From positions 108,998-172,997 of the forward strand of contig NIVC01002445.1 of NCBI GenBank assembly GCA_002269645.1: 64,000 nt of DNA, written 5' to 3'. A model generated the notes under the pieces. It was not told the DNA's origin. It saw only the letters and a program-made list of their open reading frames with translations, and made no database searches. Positions 1 to 12,275 of the stretch are shown in pieces (the first letter of the stretch is position 1; each line of letters opens with the position of its first letter). This DNA comes from Macrostomum lignano (lineage: Eukaryota). Both the position numbers and the translations under genes were made by a program.

Positions 1-66
1 GAGCTCAAGCAGATGTGAAACACTAACAATAGGCTTGTAGTGTCGCGGTATTCAGCTGACAGTGTA

Positions 67-72
67 TTTATT
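67..72 (-). terminator. Candidate polyadenylation signal for the GPCR
   Basis: AATAAA on the minus strand ~130 nt downstream of the GPCR stop. Confidence 0.45.
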
Positions 73-202
73 AACTATAAACTATATTTAAAATAAAGCA
101 GATTGGTTCAACATGCGTTAATCTATGAACCTACTTGGTTTATCGAAGGATTTAATTAAACAAATATTATCAGTGTCAAGTTTGACGCATTCGAGTGTGC
201 CA

Positions 203-1825
203 TCAGTTCCCCAGACAGGCCAACCCCCGTCTGCACCGCAGTCTCAATGAGTTGAGCATTCCGCACACCTGCTGTTTGAAAAACCTGTTCATACAGCCGT
301 AGATGACCGGGTTCACTCCGTGGTTGATGAAGTAGAAATAGTACACTGTCTGCATGAACAGCCCGCCCAGGCCCACGTGGCTGCCCTCGTTGCTGCTGCT
401 CCCTCCTTCTGACCCGCTGGAGCCGCTGCTGTACAGCCTCCGCCACCAGCTGCTGTTCTGCTGCTGGCTGTAGTTGCCTCCGGATGCCGCCGCCGAGCTC
501 CAGTTGCCGAAGCTTGCCGCGGCAGCTTGGTACGACTGCCAGTCGCTTAAGTTGATGCCTCCAGTCGTCGCGCCGCCCGACCTCCCGGCGCCGGCCTCTT
601 GCAGGTGGAACACCAGAAAGAAGGGCAAATAAGAGAGCAGATAAAAGAAAGTGATGATGCTCAACACCTTGGCTGTTTTTATGTGCGGCCGCTTCCTAGT
701 CCGCTCTGACAGGTGCTTCTGCGCCTGCGCCAGGCGGTTGCTCACCACCGAGTCTTCGCGACGCTGGCTGCCGACCAGCATTCGGCGCTGCTCGGGCGCC
801 TCTTCGTCAGCTTCTTCTTCACGTCTCGGCTCGGCCTCCTGGCTGTTACCGTCATCATCGGCCACACTGATTTCCTTGTTGGCAAACTTCACCGCACAGC
901 TTGAGGCGGCGGCTTCTTGCCCGCCCAGTGCCTGGTCGATGTCCGTCTCTAGGATGCCGTTGTTCTGCCTGTCCGGCTGGCAGTCTTTGATTCTGTTGAT
1001 GCCGTCGGCATTGGTATTGTTGGCTATTGAGCTGCGGCCAGCCTTGCCCTTGCCCTTGTCCTTGGCGTTGGAGACGCGGCTGACGTAGCTTCGCGATTTG
1101 TCCCAGCGACGCTGCCGCTTGCGCACGAAGTAGAAAATATTGGCGTAAAAAAACATAATAGCCAGCAGCATGCACAGGAACAGCAGTGTTAAGCAGGCCT
1201 TGTACACCCTGACGGTGATCATTGGCAGGATGCTGTAGTCGGCGATGCAGTGAGCCATGGTGACCGGCCGGCTGAGGACTCGGCCGGGCAGTTTCACAAT
1301 CACTGTCCGCCTGGTGCCAGTCGTCAATCCAAGCGGGGTGCCCACGGCGAAGCCCAGCAGCAGGGTGAGGCCGATGAGTCGCACGGCCTGTCGCCGGCCG
1401 GTCTGAATGCCGGGCACGAAGCAGATGATGGCGAAGCGGTCCACCGCGATCAGGCAGAGCAGGAAGGCGGATGACGTCACCAGAGAGCAGCGGAGAATGT
1501 GAAAGATTTTGCACATGAAGTCGGTGGTGGCGGCCCGCCAGACGTCCTGATAGATGGTTGACGGAATGACAACAGAACAGACGGTCAGGTCCAGCGTGGC
1601 CAGCGCGATCACGTACACATTCTGGGGCAGCTCGCGAAGTCCCCTATGAAAGAAGAAGACAACAAGGATGTTGCCAAACAGGCCGATCAGGGCCAGAGCG
1701 CCCAGTGACAGCGTGATGGCTACCGACATGGCCAGGGGCAGCTCGCCGCCCTGCTGAGTGGCCTGCATCATCTGGCTTAGTTGGGAGTCCCGGATACTGC
1801 TGTTGCTGCTCATAGTGAACTTCAT
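203..1825 (-). CDS. Intronless rhodopsin-like (class A) GPCR, probably an orphan/peptide receptor
   Basis: Seven hydrophobic segments with class A motifs: GNxLV (TM1), LAxxD (TM2), C..AVDRF (TM3), SYLPF (TM6), NPVIY (TM7). Likely start at ATG 1825 or 1813; the ORF-track extension to 2011 runs into a SINE copy. Confidence 0.93.
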   Translation of the reverse strand: MKFTMSSNSSIRDSQLSQMMQATQQGGELPLAMSVAITLSLGALALIGLFGNILVVFFFHRGLRELPQNVYVIALATLDLTVCSVVIPSTIYQDVWRAATTDFMCKIFHILRCSLVTSSAFLLCLIAVDRFAIICFVPGIQTGRRQAVRLIGLTLLLGFAVGTPLGLTTGTRRTVIVKLPGRVLSRPVTMAHCIADYSILPMITVRVYKACLTLLFLCMLLAIMFFYANIFYFVRKRQRRWDKSRSYVSRVSNAKDKGKGKAGRSSIANNTNADGINRIKDCQPDRQNNGILETDIDQALGGQEAAASSCAVKFANKEISVADDDGNSQEAEPRREEEADEEAPEQRRMLVGSQRREDSVVSNRLAQAQKHLSERTRKRPHIKTAKVLSIITFFYLLSYLPFFLVFHLQEAGAGRSGGATTGGINLSDWQSYQAAAASFGNWSSAAASGGNYSQQQNSSWWRRLYSSGSSGSEGGSSSNEGSHVGLGGLFMQTVYYFYFINHGVNPVIYGCMNRFFKQQVCGMLNSLRLRCRRGLACLGN

Positions 1826-1934
1826 TTCTGCTGTGTTGCTTCTGCTGCTGTTTGTTGGCTTTTCTTCTGTGGAAGGTTTTGGCAAAAGAGAAATCTGTAT
1901 GTAGAGATTGTAGATATGTATATGGAGTAGAGAT

Positions 1935-2196
1935 TCTGCCCATTCCTCTGACTCGAGCACATGCAAGCGCGCCAACACAGTACACAGGCACGCAATGGTA
2001 CACACGCTCACACAGGGTGTACAGCGGTCCTGACTGTGTAATCGTCAGGCATGTGCCTTGAAGGCTGACCCTCATGGCTGTGAATCGCACGACAACCCCC
2101 CACCTGTCAATTTTTGAGCTCACGAGCCCCAAAACGGAATCGAACTTGGGGTCGCGCGCGAGTCAGACTTGTTTAACGTTGAGCTGCTCTGGCCCC
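1935..2196 (-). mobile_element. tRNA-derived SINE, most complete copy (copy A)
   Basis: Minus strand begins GGGGCCAGAGCAGCTCAACGTT (A-box-like), has B box GTTCGATTCC (2136-2145), then a body (CCTGACGATTACACAGTCAGGACCGCTGTACACCCTGTGTGAGCG...GGGCAGA) shared with four other loci in the window. Confidence 0.7.
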
Positions 2197-3179
2197 ATGG
2201 AGTGATAGAGACTTGCATGGTTGTTTAAATTGAGTGCAGCATGGACTTTAAGTCTTCAGTCGGTAAAGCTGACATTGCTATTCTACACAAGTGCATTGTA
2301 TCAAAGCATTTCTGCGCTTCTCTCCTATCCACAAAGCGTCAGTCGGCGGCCCCTCTAACACCGAGGGAGCAATTTCACTCTGCCAGTTCATATGTTGAGA
2401 GGACTTTGAGGAGGTTCTTTCAGCTGTTCGCGTTGACTTAAAACGGAAGCAAAACAGTTGCTTCAAGCTGCGTACGTGTTCCCTGCAACAATGATTTCTG
2501 CGAGGTTTAGCAGCGTACGCAGGCGGGAAACAGATCCGTGGGAAGTGTTTCAGCCGCGGGCGCGTGAATGTCAGGCTTATCCGGGTGTATCTTGTTGCAC
2601 GGTTAGCCTATAAGTTTGGCCTGGCTGCGGAGTCTGAGCGGGAAGCTGAGAACAAATTTCCCGCTTGCAAGAAATGTAAAACGGTTGCTAAGGCCCGCGT
2701 TTCTCGCAATCCCAGGGCTTGTCCCAATTTTCTGACTGGTTAAAGAATTATTTATTGTCAGTTCTCAACTTACATTTTGCTTTGTCAGGCAGATGCGAAA
2801 TGCAAACTGAAATCCTTGCGCCTTCTACTGTCGGATGGGTTGCTTCTGGCTGGGAAAGCGCTGGGGTGGTTATTTTATCCTAAAAAAATCCTACGGGCTC
2901 GCAGTGGGAAGAAAAGGGAGGAGAAGGGGAGTGGAAATCGACCTCTCCAGTCCGGCTATTGGCCAGGACAAAATTCTGCACTGGCCTGTTTGGACTGCGG
3001 AGGCGGAGTTTACTGAGAAGTGTATTCTCTCCCTCTCTCTCTCTCTCTCTCTCGTAATATTTGTGCAGCGGTTAGACTTGTTGATCAATGTAGCGATGCT
3101 AATGCGGAGATGATAGAGATAGCCATCGCAGAGATAAATATTGTTATAAAAATTATGGCATGCGGCCAGCTGACCCGCA

Positions 3180-3268
3180 GCCAGTGAGTCGAGCACGCGT
3201 GCTCATACAGGGTGTACATGGGCCCTGACTTCCTCATCATTAGTAGGAATGTACACACCCCGTGCCTT
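3180..3268 (-). mobile_element. SINE body fragment (copy B)
   Basis: GAGCACGCGTGCTCATACAGGGTGTACATGGGCCCTGACT matches the copy A body. Confidence 0.6.
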
Positions 3269-3841
3269 AGGCTAGAGCTGCACAAGCCCCGAGGCCAATT
3301 TTGAACGAGACAGTTCGAATCGTTCGAAACAGAGTTTGAAAGATAACTGTACCCTTTTATACCAGTGTACTTTGTACAGCATACTAGATTTTCTACAAAA
3401 AAGGCACTGTGGTGCGCGTGAGCTCACAAATTGCTTTCTTCTACTCAATTGTTTGCCTCAGATAAGTATTGAACTGCCGCTTCCCATCTCTCTCTTCCCT
3501 CTCCCTACCTCTCTCTACCTCAGCACATTAGTTTTACCTGTTGGTTGATTCTGTCTACGCGTTCAAACCTTGCATTTTTTCCATTCCTTTGTTGTGCCAG
3601 CGCAGTGCAGGGTTGCACGGCCTAAAAGCATAGATGATTTTTCAAAACTGCCTCCGCATCGTTAACATTTTACAGCCAGTTAAATTGCCTGCTGACTTGT
3701 TGCTTATGCTTGAAATTATTTTGTCCCCCATTCATCTTGCCTGCATCAGCCATTTTGCGTATACCAGTGTAGAGGATTTTTGTCCCCCTGGCAGAGAGCT
3801 GCGGCTGTGTGGGCTTTAATCTTTTCAACAATGTATCTACA

Positions 3842-4490
3842 TGTCGTGACCCGGGTCGGTTTGGGTGCCCAGTCCCGAGTACAATATATTTTACGTAATC
3901 TAACAGGCGTAGTGACGCTCTGTCTGTACTTTTATGAATACGAGCAGGCGTGACGACGCTCTGCGATAATAGTTCGATTCCTCTGGTGTTGTGACACTCA
4001 GAGTTCACGCTGCGGCTCGAGGTGTGGTGACACTCTCGGGTGCTTCTAGTTTCGATACTGTAGGTTGTACACGCTATATAAAGTAACCGGTACAGTACTA
4101 CAATAATACGCAATATACAACGCTGCTGTGCCGCAGTGGTCAGGCGTGATGACGCTCTAGCTATGGAATCACTGCTACGGCAAGGCCTCGGAAAAGCTAA
4201 AGAAGCGAATGAACTCGGGGGTCTTACCGGTGCCAGAAACTGTGGAGCTCGTTCGAGTATCGCTACCACTTGACCGCTTTATTTCTAGCTTTGGGTACCA
4301 CAGATCGATAAACAGAGATGCCAAAATCCGAATTTGGACATGCAATAAATTGAGTCCTCGCAGTAAGAGACCGTATAGACACGGCTCGCTTGAATATCGC
4401 TAGGTTAGTTTGAAGAGCTGGGCACGGGCGCGGAGCGGAGAGCGGGGAGCTGGCTGGGCCAGGCTTGAGCACTATATACCACTTAACAGG
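3842..4490 (+). mobile_element. Possible solo-LTR-like segment
   Basis: Starts TGTCGTGAC, has three copies of CAGGCGT(A/G)xxGACGCTCT (3904, 3945, 4141), TATATAAAG at ~4075 and AATAAA at ~4345; no target-site duplication or clear end found. Confidence 0.25.
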
Positions 4491-4509
4491 GTAGGGGGGC
4501 AGACGGGAG

Positions 4510-4749
4510 CACGAGAATTTCCCGCAGCGAGTTTTTCCCGCGACGAAAATTTGCCGCAGGAGCTTTCCCCACACGAGATTCTCCCGCAGCGAGTTTTTAC
4601 CGCAGCGAGAGTTTCCCGCAGGAAATTTCCCCGTCGAGATTTTCCTGCCGAGCTTTTACCGCCGAGATTTTCCCGCACGAATTTTCCCCGCAGACTTTTT
4701 CCGCAAGAAATTTCTCGTGATTGCCTGTTTACCTTCCTACCTTCCTACC

Positions 4750-4806
<57 letters not shown>

Positions 4807-4975
4807 GCCTGGCTGGCTGGCTGTGTCGAATTTATCAAAGAAAATCGCGTCTCTGCTAATAGCTTTCCTTTTTATAATTTCTTTCTTAAGGTAAACAGGC
4901 AATCACGAGAAATTTCTTGCGGGAAAATCCTTCTGCTGGAAAAAGTCTGTGCGGGGAAAACTCGTGCGGGGAATT
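4510..4975. mobile_element. Foldback/MITE-like element: inverted arms of TTTTCCCGC-type subrepeats around a (CTGT)n microsatellite
   Basis: Perfect 33-bp inverted repeat 4703-4735 / 4888-4920, degenerate extension outward, (CTGT)n at ~4750-4805. Confidence 0.65.
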
Positions 4976-5034
4976 ATCATAGACCCGGGGCAGACAGCGC
5001 GAGAGAGAGAGATGTCAAACAAAAGAGACGACCC

Positions 5035-5145
5035 TTCAGCCAATCAGCGTGCCCGCCGAGCAGCTCTGATTGACTGGGGGCCAGAAAAGAAAACCACAAA
5101 AACACAAGCCCAGCCAATCAGCGACCGCCGCGGGGAAAGACTCAA
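5035..5145. promoter_or_regulatory. Two CCAAT boxes (CAGCCAATCAGCG)
   Basis: Identical NF-Y-type motif at ~5037 and ~5130 in a GC-rich non-coding stretch; target gene unclear. Confidence 0.35.
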
Positions 5146-5271
5146 GCCGGGCTGAGCGCCCCCCCCCCAACCAGCCAGAACTGGTCTGGGGATGGCCGCC
5201 TAGGGCGCACATAAAAAAAAACAACTCAAAAAGTGCAAGAGCACTCAACAGGCCAGACACTACATACGCGT

Positions 5272-5465
5272 GGAGCAGACCAGCTCAGCGGTGAACACAG
5301 ACATGAGGGCCAGCCCCCAAGGCACAGATAGTGTACATGCTTGAGGATTAGAAAGTCAGGACCGCAGTACACCCTGTGCGAGCGTGTGTATGAATGCAGT
5401 GCCTGCGTACTGTATTGGCGCGCTTGCATGCGCTCAGGTCAGGAGTCAGCGGAATGGGCAGAATT
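5272..5465 (+). mobile_element. SINE copy C (head plus body, internal deletion)
   Basis: GGAGCAGACCAGCTCAGCGGTGAAC head aligns with the copy A head; the body matches through GGAATGGGCAGAAT. Confidence 0.7.
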
Positions 5466-5949
5466 GCTTCGCCCGTATCTCTTTTTTTTGGCAACCATTG
5501 TCCGTCTTCTGTCCCATTCTGTGTTTCGCCTTTTGTCTTCCGTCTTCTACCCCTCTATATTGCTTTCTGCCTCTCTTTGCACCTTTCCCTCCCTTCTCCT
5601 CTGTTGTCAGTGGGTAAACTTGGCCTTGATTTGAGCCCCCTTGTAGTGAAATTCGAATGCCTTATAGAAACTTCTGACTGGCTGCAGTTTGACATTGATT
5701 TTGCGTCAAAACCAGAACGCGGACACAAGGAATACGAACTGATTGAAAGTTAAAAAGGAAGTTTGCCACACGGACAGGCCGACAGGGCAGGGTTAAAGTA
5801 ACGAACTGCTTGCTTAGGGGCATGGAACCAATTCATTCATCACCAATATTAAAGCTGGAAGTGCAGCTCTGAAGGTCATTGGAAAACTGCAAAGCTGTGG
5901 GAGAGTGGCTTAAACTCTCTAGGCCATGACTGGTCAGCATCCTGTAGTT

Positions 5950-6465
<516 letters not shown>

Positions 6466-6924
6466 AGACTGAGGGTGTATAGCACCAATCAATAGTACTC
6501 TGCAAAAGTGCACGTTATTTGTTGTAAGTTACTTGTCTATGCCAGATCTACCGAACGTTCGACCGCACCCATAGGCGACACTGTACCCCTTTAGTTATCA
6601 CAGAGTCCTCTGGACTAATTTGCAATAGATTTATCCCTTGCTTGAGTATAATTGCCATTCCTAGCAAAGAAAGTGTTTAACCCGGCGAGTCCGTCTATGT
6701 TCTTTGTTCTAAACCTTTTCATTTTGCTGCTTCAAGTGTCTTTGACTTTGAAAAAAAACTTATAGGCTTTGCTAAAATTGAAAGTCTCTTAAACTTAACG
6801 ATGTCTAAAAAGGGATACAAGTGGTTTAATTGGCATTTTATTAGTTCTTTTGCACGACCTTTGCACTGCTGACTGATATTTTCTGTCAGCCGCAAACTTT
6901 CACCTGCGTCACATCAAGCATCTC

Positions 6925-7050
6925 TTTTGTCACACCAAGCGTCACCCCAGAGAGTCACATCAACCGTCACCCCAGAGAGTCACATCAACCGTCACCCCAG
7001 AGAGTCACACCAAGCGTCACCCCAGAGAGTCACACCAAGCGTCACTCAGC
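6925..7050. repeat. Short ~25-bp tandem repeat abutting the LYST acceptor
   Basis: GTCACCCCAGAGAGTCACA(T/C)CAA units. Confidence 0.85.
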
Positions 7051-7084
7051 GTCACTCAAATCAAGTTTCTCTTTGCGCCCGCAG

Positions 7085-10000
7085 GCTGACAGCTCCGGCG
7101 ACGCGCCGCAGTCAGCCAGCTGGTCATTCGACGAAGTCAAGGAGGTGCACCTTCGCCGCTACGAGCTCCGTGACAACGCCCTGGAGATTTTTCTGGCCAG
7201 CGGTGCCGCCTACCTGCTGGCGTTTCAGTCGCCTCGCGATCGCGACGAAGTGGCCCGCGTGGTGGACGGCCTGGAGTTGGACAGCCGCGTCCGCCAGCTC
7301 ACAGTTGACGAGGCCCAGCGCCAGTGGGTCACCGGCCAGATGAGCAACTTCGAGTACTTGGCCTTCCTCAACACGGCCTCTGGCAGGTCCTACAACGACC
7401 TCATGCAGTACCCCGTGTTCCCCTGGGTCCTGGCCGACTACGACTCCGCCGAGCTGGACCTGACCCAGCCGGCCACCTTCCGCGACCTCGCCAGGCCGAT
7501 CGGCACCCAGGACGACTCGGCCGTGGCCCGGCACCGGGACAAATACGAAGTGCTGGACAGGCAGTACAGGGAGCTCGGACCGGACCACGCCACGCCGCCC
7601 TATCACTATTCGAGTCACTATTCGAACTCGGGCACCGTGCTGCACTACTTGGTCCGCCTGCCGCCCTACACCCAGCTGTTCACCGTGTACCAGGACCGGC
7701 ACTTCGACCTGCCCGATCGGACTTTTCACTCCATCCGAACCAGCTGGCGCTTGAGCTCGAAGCTGTCGGACTCGGACGTCAAGGAGCTCATTCCAGAGTT
7801 CTTCTGCCTGCCGGAGTTTCTTATCAACAGCGAGGAGCTCGACTTCGGCGTCAAGCAGTCCGGAGTTCGTGTTGACAATGTCGAACTGCCGCCCTGGGCC
7901 GCCGATGATCCGCGCCGGTTCGTCCTCATTCACCGGGCCGCCCTGGAGTCGCCGCTCGTCACTGAGAAACTGCACAAGTGGATTGACCTCATCTTCGGGT
8001 ACAAGCAGACAGGTAATGTACGGCTTGCTTGCTATGGGATTGAGGATCTGGGGGGATTATGGACTTGGGTTGAGATTGGGGATCTGGGTGGAGATTGGGG
8101 ATCTGGGTTGAGATTGGGGATCTGGGTTGAGATTGGGGATCTGGGTTGAGATTGGGGATCTGGGGGGATTATGGACTTAGGTTGAGATTGGGGATCTGGG
8201 TTGAGATTAGGGATCTGGGTTGAGATTGGGGATCTGGGTTGAGATTGGGGATCTGGGTTGAGATTGGGGATCTGGGTTGAGATTGGGGATCTGGGTTGAG
8301 ATTAGGGATCTGGGTTGAGATTGGGGATCTGGGGGGATTAGGGACTTGGGTTGAGATTGGGGATCTGGGTTGAGATTGGGGATCTGGGTTGAGATTGGGG
8401 ATCTGGGTTGAGATTGGGGATCTGGGTTTAGATTAGGGATCTGGGTTGAGATTGGGGATCTGGGGGGATTAGGGACTTGGGTTGAGATTGGGGATCTGGG
8501 TTGAGATTGGGGATCTGGGTTGAGATTGGGGATCTGGGTTGAGATTGGGGATCTGGGTTGAGATTGGGGATCTGGGTTGAGATTGGGGATCTGGGTTTAG
8601 ATTAGGGATCTGGGTTGAGATTGGGGATCTGGGGGGATTAGGGACTTGGGTTGAGATTGGAGATCTGGGTTGAGATTGGGGATCTGGGTGGAGATTGGGG
8701 ATCTGGGTTGAGATTGGGGATCTGGGTTGAGATTGGGGATCTGGGTTGAGATTAGGGATCTGGGTTGAGATTGGGGATCTGGGTGGAGATTGGGGATCTG
8801 GGTTGAGATTGGGGATCTGGGTTGAGATTGGGGATCTGGGTTGAGATTAGGGATCTGGGTTGAGATTGGGGATCTGGGGGGATTAGGGACTTGGGTTGAG
8901 ATTGGGGATCTGGGTTGAGATTGGGGATCTGGGTGGAGATTGGGGATCTGGGTTGAGATTGGGGATCTGGGTTGAGATTGGGGATCTGGGTTGAGATTGG
9001 GATCTGGGTTGAGATTGGGGATCTGGGTTGAGATTGGGGATCTGGGTTGAGATTGGGGATCTGGGTAAAGATTGGGGATCTGGGTTTAGATTGGGGATCT
9101 GGGTTGAGATTGGGGATCTGGTTTGAGATTGAGGATCTGGAGAAGAGATTGAGGATCTGGGGATGAGATTGAGGATCTAGGGATGAGATTGAGAATCTGG
9201 GGATGAGATTGAGGATCTGGGGATGAAATTGAGGATCTGGAGAAGAGATTGAGGATCTGGGGATGAGATTGAAGATCTGGGGATGAGATTGAGGATCTGG
9301 GGGTGAGATTAGGGATATGGGGATGAGATTAGGGATATGGGGTTGAGAATAGGGATCTGGGTTGAGATCGAGGATCTGAAGGTGGGATTGAGGATCTCGG
9401 TGAGATTGAGGATCTAGGGGATGAGATTAAGGATCTGGGGGTGAGATTGAGGATCTGGGGGTTAGATTGAGGATCTTGGGGTGAGATTGAGGATCTGGGG
9501 GTGAGATTGAGGATCTGGGGGTGAGATTGAGGTTCTTGGGGTGAGATTGAGGATCTTGGGGTGAGATTGAGGATCTGGGGGTGAGACTGAGGATCTAGGG
9601 GCGAGATTAGGCATCTGGGGTGGGATTATCCGATAGCTAAATCTGCCTAAAAACTTCGTCGTCTCCTCTTAAACGCGCAGGCAAGGCTGCGCTCAGCTCG
9701 GTGAACCTGTTCCACCCGTACACCTACTTCGGCGCCATCGACCTGGACCAGATCGACGACCCGGTGCGGCGCCGCGCTATCGAGACGATGATCAAGACGT
9801 ACGGCCAGACGCCTAAGCAGCTGTTCCGATCGCCGCACCAGCCGCCTGTGGCAGCGGCGCCTCGCTCTGGCCGGGTGCCCGGGGCTTTCGGCGTTCGATT
9901 TGGAAATTATTGCGGCTCACCAGACTGCCAGGCCCCGCCCCAGGTGCGCTGCAGGGATGGGGCCGGCCTGTGTGGTGCTTCTGCCACTACAGGATCCGTG

Positions 10001-12275
10001 ATATTAGACTGGATCACCTCCCCAGATCCTCAATTGCTGGGCCAGCCTCCCAGATCCTCAGTTGCTGGGCCAGCCTCCCAGATCCTCAGTTTCTAGGCCA
10101 GCCTCCCAGATCCTCAGTTGCTGGGCCAGCCTCCCAGATCCTCAGTTTCTGGGCCAGCCTCCCAGATCCTCAGTTGCTGGGCCAGCCTCCCAGATCCTCA
10201 GTTTCTGGGCCAGCCTCCCAGATCCTCAGTTGCTGGGCCAGCCTCCCAGATCCTCAGCTGCTGGGCCAGCCTCCCAGATCCTCAGTTGCTGGGCCAGCCT
10301 CCCAGATCCTCAGTTTCTGGGCCAGCCTCCCAGATCCTCAGTTGCTGGGTCACCCGCCAGCCTCCCAGATCCTCAGTTTCTTGGCCACTGCCAGCCTCTC
10401 AGATGCTTAATCCCCGCTCTCCCGCTGGACCACAGGTTGCCTGGTGCGAGCAGCTGGCGGCCCCGGTGGCCCAGCTGGTGTTGAACCCGTCGCCTGTCGG
10501 TCCGAGCGCTCCGGAGGTGCTCGGCCTGTGCCCCGGCACCTGCGCCCTGGCCGGCGGCCAGCTGCTGGTCGGCGCCGCTGACAATGTTTTCCGCTGGCGC
10601 CCGGCGCCAACCTCGGCAAGCGCCAGCGCCGGCGCTGGACAAGCGCTGGGCGCGCCTCCGCCGGACTGGCTGGGCGACCGGGTCACCGCGGCCGCTGCCT
10701 GCGGATGGCGCGTCTTCTGCGGCCTCCGCTCCGGCCTGCTGCGCGTGTTCTCCGTAGCCGCCTCGTCCACCGGCTCCGCCGCGCCCGCCTCGTCCTCCGC
10801 GTCCGGGGCCCGCGGCCGGGCCGGCGGCCGGATCGACTGGCTCGGCGAGGCGCCCGTGCCGCTGCTCGGCCACCGGTCAGCGGTCACCGCGGCGCACGCC
10901 TGCCCGGAGTTCGCGCTGCTCGCCACTGGCGACGCCGCCGGCCGCGTGCTGCTGTGGGACACTAACCAGGTGGCCTATGTGCGCTGCCTGCGACCTTCTG
11001 GTCCGCCCGTGGTCGCGCTGACCGCGTCGCCGACTCTGGCAGATGTGGCCGTGCTCGGACAGGTAAGGCTGAAGATCAAATAGGAGTCAGACTCAGTTAG
11101 GTTCAAGTTCATGTAGGCTGGTTAGAGTCAATGTCGGGTAGGTTCAAGGCTGGGTTGGGTCAAGGTCGGGTCGAGTCAAGATCAGGTAGGGCCAAGATCG
11201 GGTAAGGCCAAGGTCGGGTAGGGCCAAGGTCTTGTAGGGTCAAGGTCGGGTAGGGTCAAGGTCCGGTAGGGTCAAGGTCCGGTAGGGTCAAGGTCCGGTA
11301 GGGTCAAGGTCGGGTAAGGTCAAGGTCGGGTAGGGTCAAGGCCGGGTAGGGTCAAGGTCGGGTAGGGTCAAGGTTGGGTAGGGTCAAGGTCGGGTAGGGT
11401 CAAGGTCGGGTAGGGTCAAGGTTGGGTAGGGTCAAGGTCGGGTAGGGTCAAGGTCCGGTAGGGTCAAGGCCGGGTAGGGTCAAGGCCGGGTAGGGTCAAG
11501 GTCCGGTAGGGTCAAGGTTGGGTAGGGTCAAGGTCGGGTAGGGTCAAGGTTGGGTAGGGTCAAGGTCGGGTAGGGTCAAGGTCGGGTAGGGTCAAGGTCC
11601 GGTAGGGTCAAGGCCGGGTAGGGTCAAGGTCCGGTAGGGTCAAGGTTGGGTAGGGTCAAGATCGGGTAGGGTCAAGGTTGGTTAGGGTCAAGGTCCGGTA
11701 GGGTCAAGGTTGGGTAGGGTCAAGGTCGGTTAGGGTCAAGGTCCGGTAGGGTCAAGGTTGGGTATAGGGTCAAGGTCGGGTAGGGTCGGGTGAGCTGCTT
11801 TAATATTTATTACCCAATTAATTCCGTGCTCCACGGGCCGCAGGGCCAGGGCAGCCAGCTCACGGTGTACACCGCCAACGGAGCCCTAGTCGGTTCAGTC
11901 AGCAGCGGCGGCGGAGGTGGCGGCGGCGACCGGATTACCTGCTCCGTGTACAGCTCCCTGCCCGAGGGCCGCTTCATCAACTGTCTGGCAGTGGGCCTGA
12001 GCTCCGGCTGCGTCCGCCTGCTCAACAGCTGGGACCTGGGCGACCTGGCCTTCATCCGGCCCGGCTTGGCCTCGCCGGCGCCGCTCCTGGCGCTCGCCTT
12101 CTCGCGTGACTGTCGCCGTTTGTACGTGTCGGATCGGGACAATCGGGTCTTTGTGCTGGAGGCGCCAGTCGACCCCTACCTCAGCGGCGGAGGCGGCTCC
12201 GGAGTCGGCGGCGGCGGCGGAGGCGGCGGCATGGGTCAGAAAACTTCCAAGCAGCAGTTCGCCGCCTTCCTGTGA
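7085..12275 (+). CDS. LYST: Lysosomal trafficking regulator (LYST) homologue, C-terminal PH-BEACH-WD40 part; upstream exons not found in window
   Basis: Exons 7085-8012, 9681-9943, 10436-11062, 11844-12275 (GT-AG, phases consistent, 750 codons). LYST-type motifs: SNFEYLAFLN..SGRSYNDLMQYPVFPW, HYSNSGTVLHYLVRLPPY, DVKELIPEFF, WIDLIFGYKQ, VNLFHPYTYFG, ETMIKTYGQTPKQLF, then WD40 repeats. Confidence 0.93.
8040..9620. repeat. 19-bp G-rich minisatellite filling the first LYST intron seen
   Basis: GAGATTGGGGATCTGGGTT units drifting to GAGATTGAGGATCTGGGG. Confidence 0.97.
10015..10400. repeat. 28-bp minisatellite in LYST intron
   Basis: GGGCCAGCCTCCCAGATCCTCAGTT(G/T)CT units. Confidence 0.95.
11140..11790. 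repeat. 16-bp minisatellite in LYST intron
   Basis: GGGTAGGGTCAAGGTC units. Confidence 0.95.

Noticed and set aside
651-1514. Overlapping ORFs on the GPCR, LYST, mucolipin and ankyrin exons (antisense or alternate frame)
   Set aside because: Expected shadows of GC-rich coding sequence; no independent motifs.
2130-2196. Functional tRNA gene
   Set aside because: Has B box and A-box-like words but no closing acceptor stem or proper cloverleaf, and continues into the repeat body; better explained as a SINE head.
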